From Amoebidium appalachense (Eukaryota; Protista; Ichthyosporea): DNA of 35,677 bases. The stretch is taken from positions 568,597 to 604,273 of the forward strand of contig CAVNZM010000001.1 of the NCBI GenBank assembly GCA_963693365.1, given 5' to 3'. Both the position numbers and the translations under genes were made by a program. The notes under the pieces are model-generated. The model worked only from the letters and a program-made list of their open reading frames with translations. It searched no databases and was not told the origin of the DNA. This document shows positions 35,198 through 35,677 of the stretch, in pieces. Each line of letters begins with the position of its first letter. Position 1 is the stretch's first letter.

Positions 35198-35499
35198 GTG
35201 GTGAGGACGGAAGGGTCGATGTTCTGAATCATATGGAGCAGGAGGCAATTGCGGGCATCCTTGAGTTCCGCGGTAGTGCCGTAGCCGTAGAAGGGGGGTT
35301 CACCGTCAACCGCGACGGTGGTAGGGGGGACGTAGTTGTCAGCAAGTACAACATCCACGAGCCGGACACCTTTAGTGCCGGTCATCATGCCAAGAAAAAT
35401 GATTTCCCATTGAAAATAGGTGGTTTTGCTATCGGGACCAGTCTTCCCTTCACCTTTCCACATGGTTATTTTGTTTACGCCAGTTTTGTTTGGATCCAT
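35198..35499 (-). pseudogene. gag: copia gag N-terminus (family X element), truncated
   Basis: MDPNKTGVNKITMWKGEG…TYFQWE…GYGT shares WKGE, TY..WE and GY.T with the 30307 gag; preceded by a PBS and an LTR. Confidence 0.75.
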
Positions 35500-35537
35500 G
35501 ATTGAAAAACGATCGCTAGTTCTAGATGTGTGTAGGG

Positions 35538-35677
35538 AGCGTGCAAAAGGGCTGCATAACCTGTTAAATTGTATAAGTATTTGGGATGAAAGCAGAGACA
35601 CAGTGGTGCAGTGTGAAAACACCACAGACACACACAACGACAAAGCACGAAACGATCGGAGCAGTGTACACAACAGA
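35538..35677 (-). mobile_element. 3' end of a family-X 5' LTR (35562-35677) plus split PBS (35538-35561)
   Basis: On the minus strand: …ACAATTTAACA|GGTTATGCAGCCC-TTTT-GCACGCT. Confidence 0.8.

Overview
A repeat-dense eukaryotic window with no intact host gene; tRNA-derived sequence hints at a holozoan host. (1) 1-~3540: GC-rich, intronless, gene-dense remnant of an endogenous DNA virus. It has a frameshifted VLTF3-like late transcription factor, a 5'-open Pro/Thr-repeat protein with a (KKKDT)n tail and Gly-Gly protease-type sites, and two small ORFs. (2) Nested Ty1/copia debris at ~3.5-8.7 kb and ~26.4-35.7 kb: three gag, one protease/pre-integrase, two RT fragments and several LTR families. 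(3) Main finding: three independent insertions of a ~660-bp non-coding TRIM. Each 289-bp LTR carries a complete tRNA-like cloverleaf (Phe-like body, GGA anticodon, A/B boxes, T5 terminator). The element has non-canonical TG...AA ends and 5-bp TSDs, and every copy sits in sense orientation inside copia sequence. (4) A young 2.7-kb non-autonomous LTR element whose primer-binding site is the exact complement of the first 12 nt of tRNA-Ala. (5) Copia PBSs that are split half-tRNA-iMet sites, plus one LTR followed by a 29-nt continuous copy of the tRNA itself. The middle (14-26 kb) holds microsatellites, long G/C tracts, MITEs, a decayed pogo-like transposon and an ankyrin pseudogene. All calls were made by eye; no searches were run.
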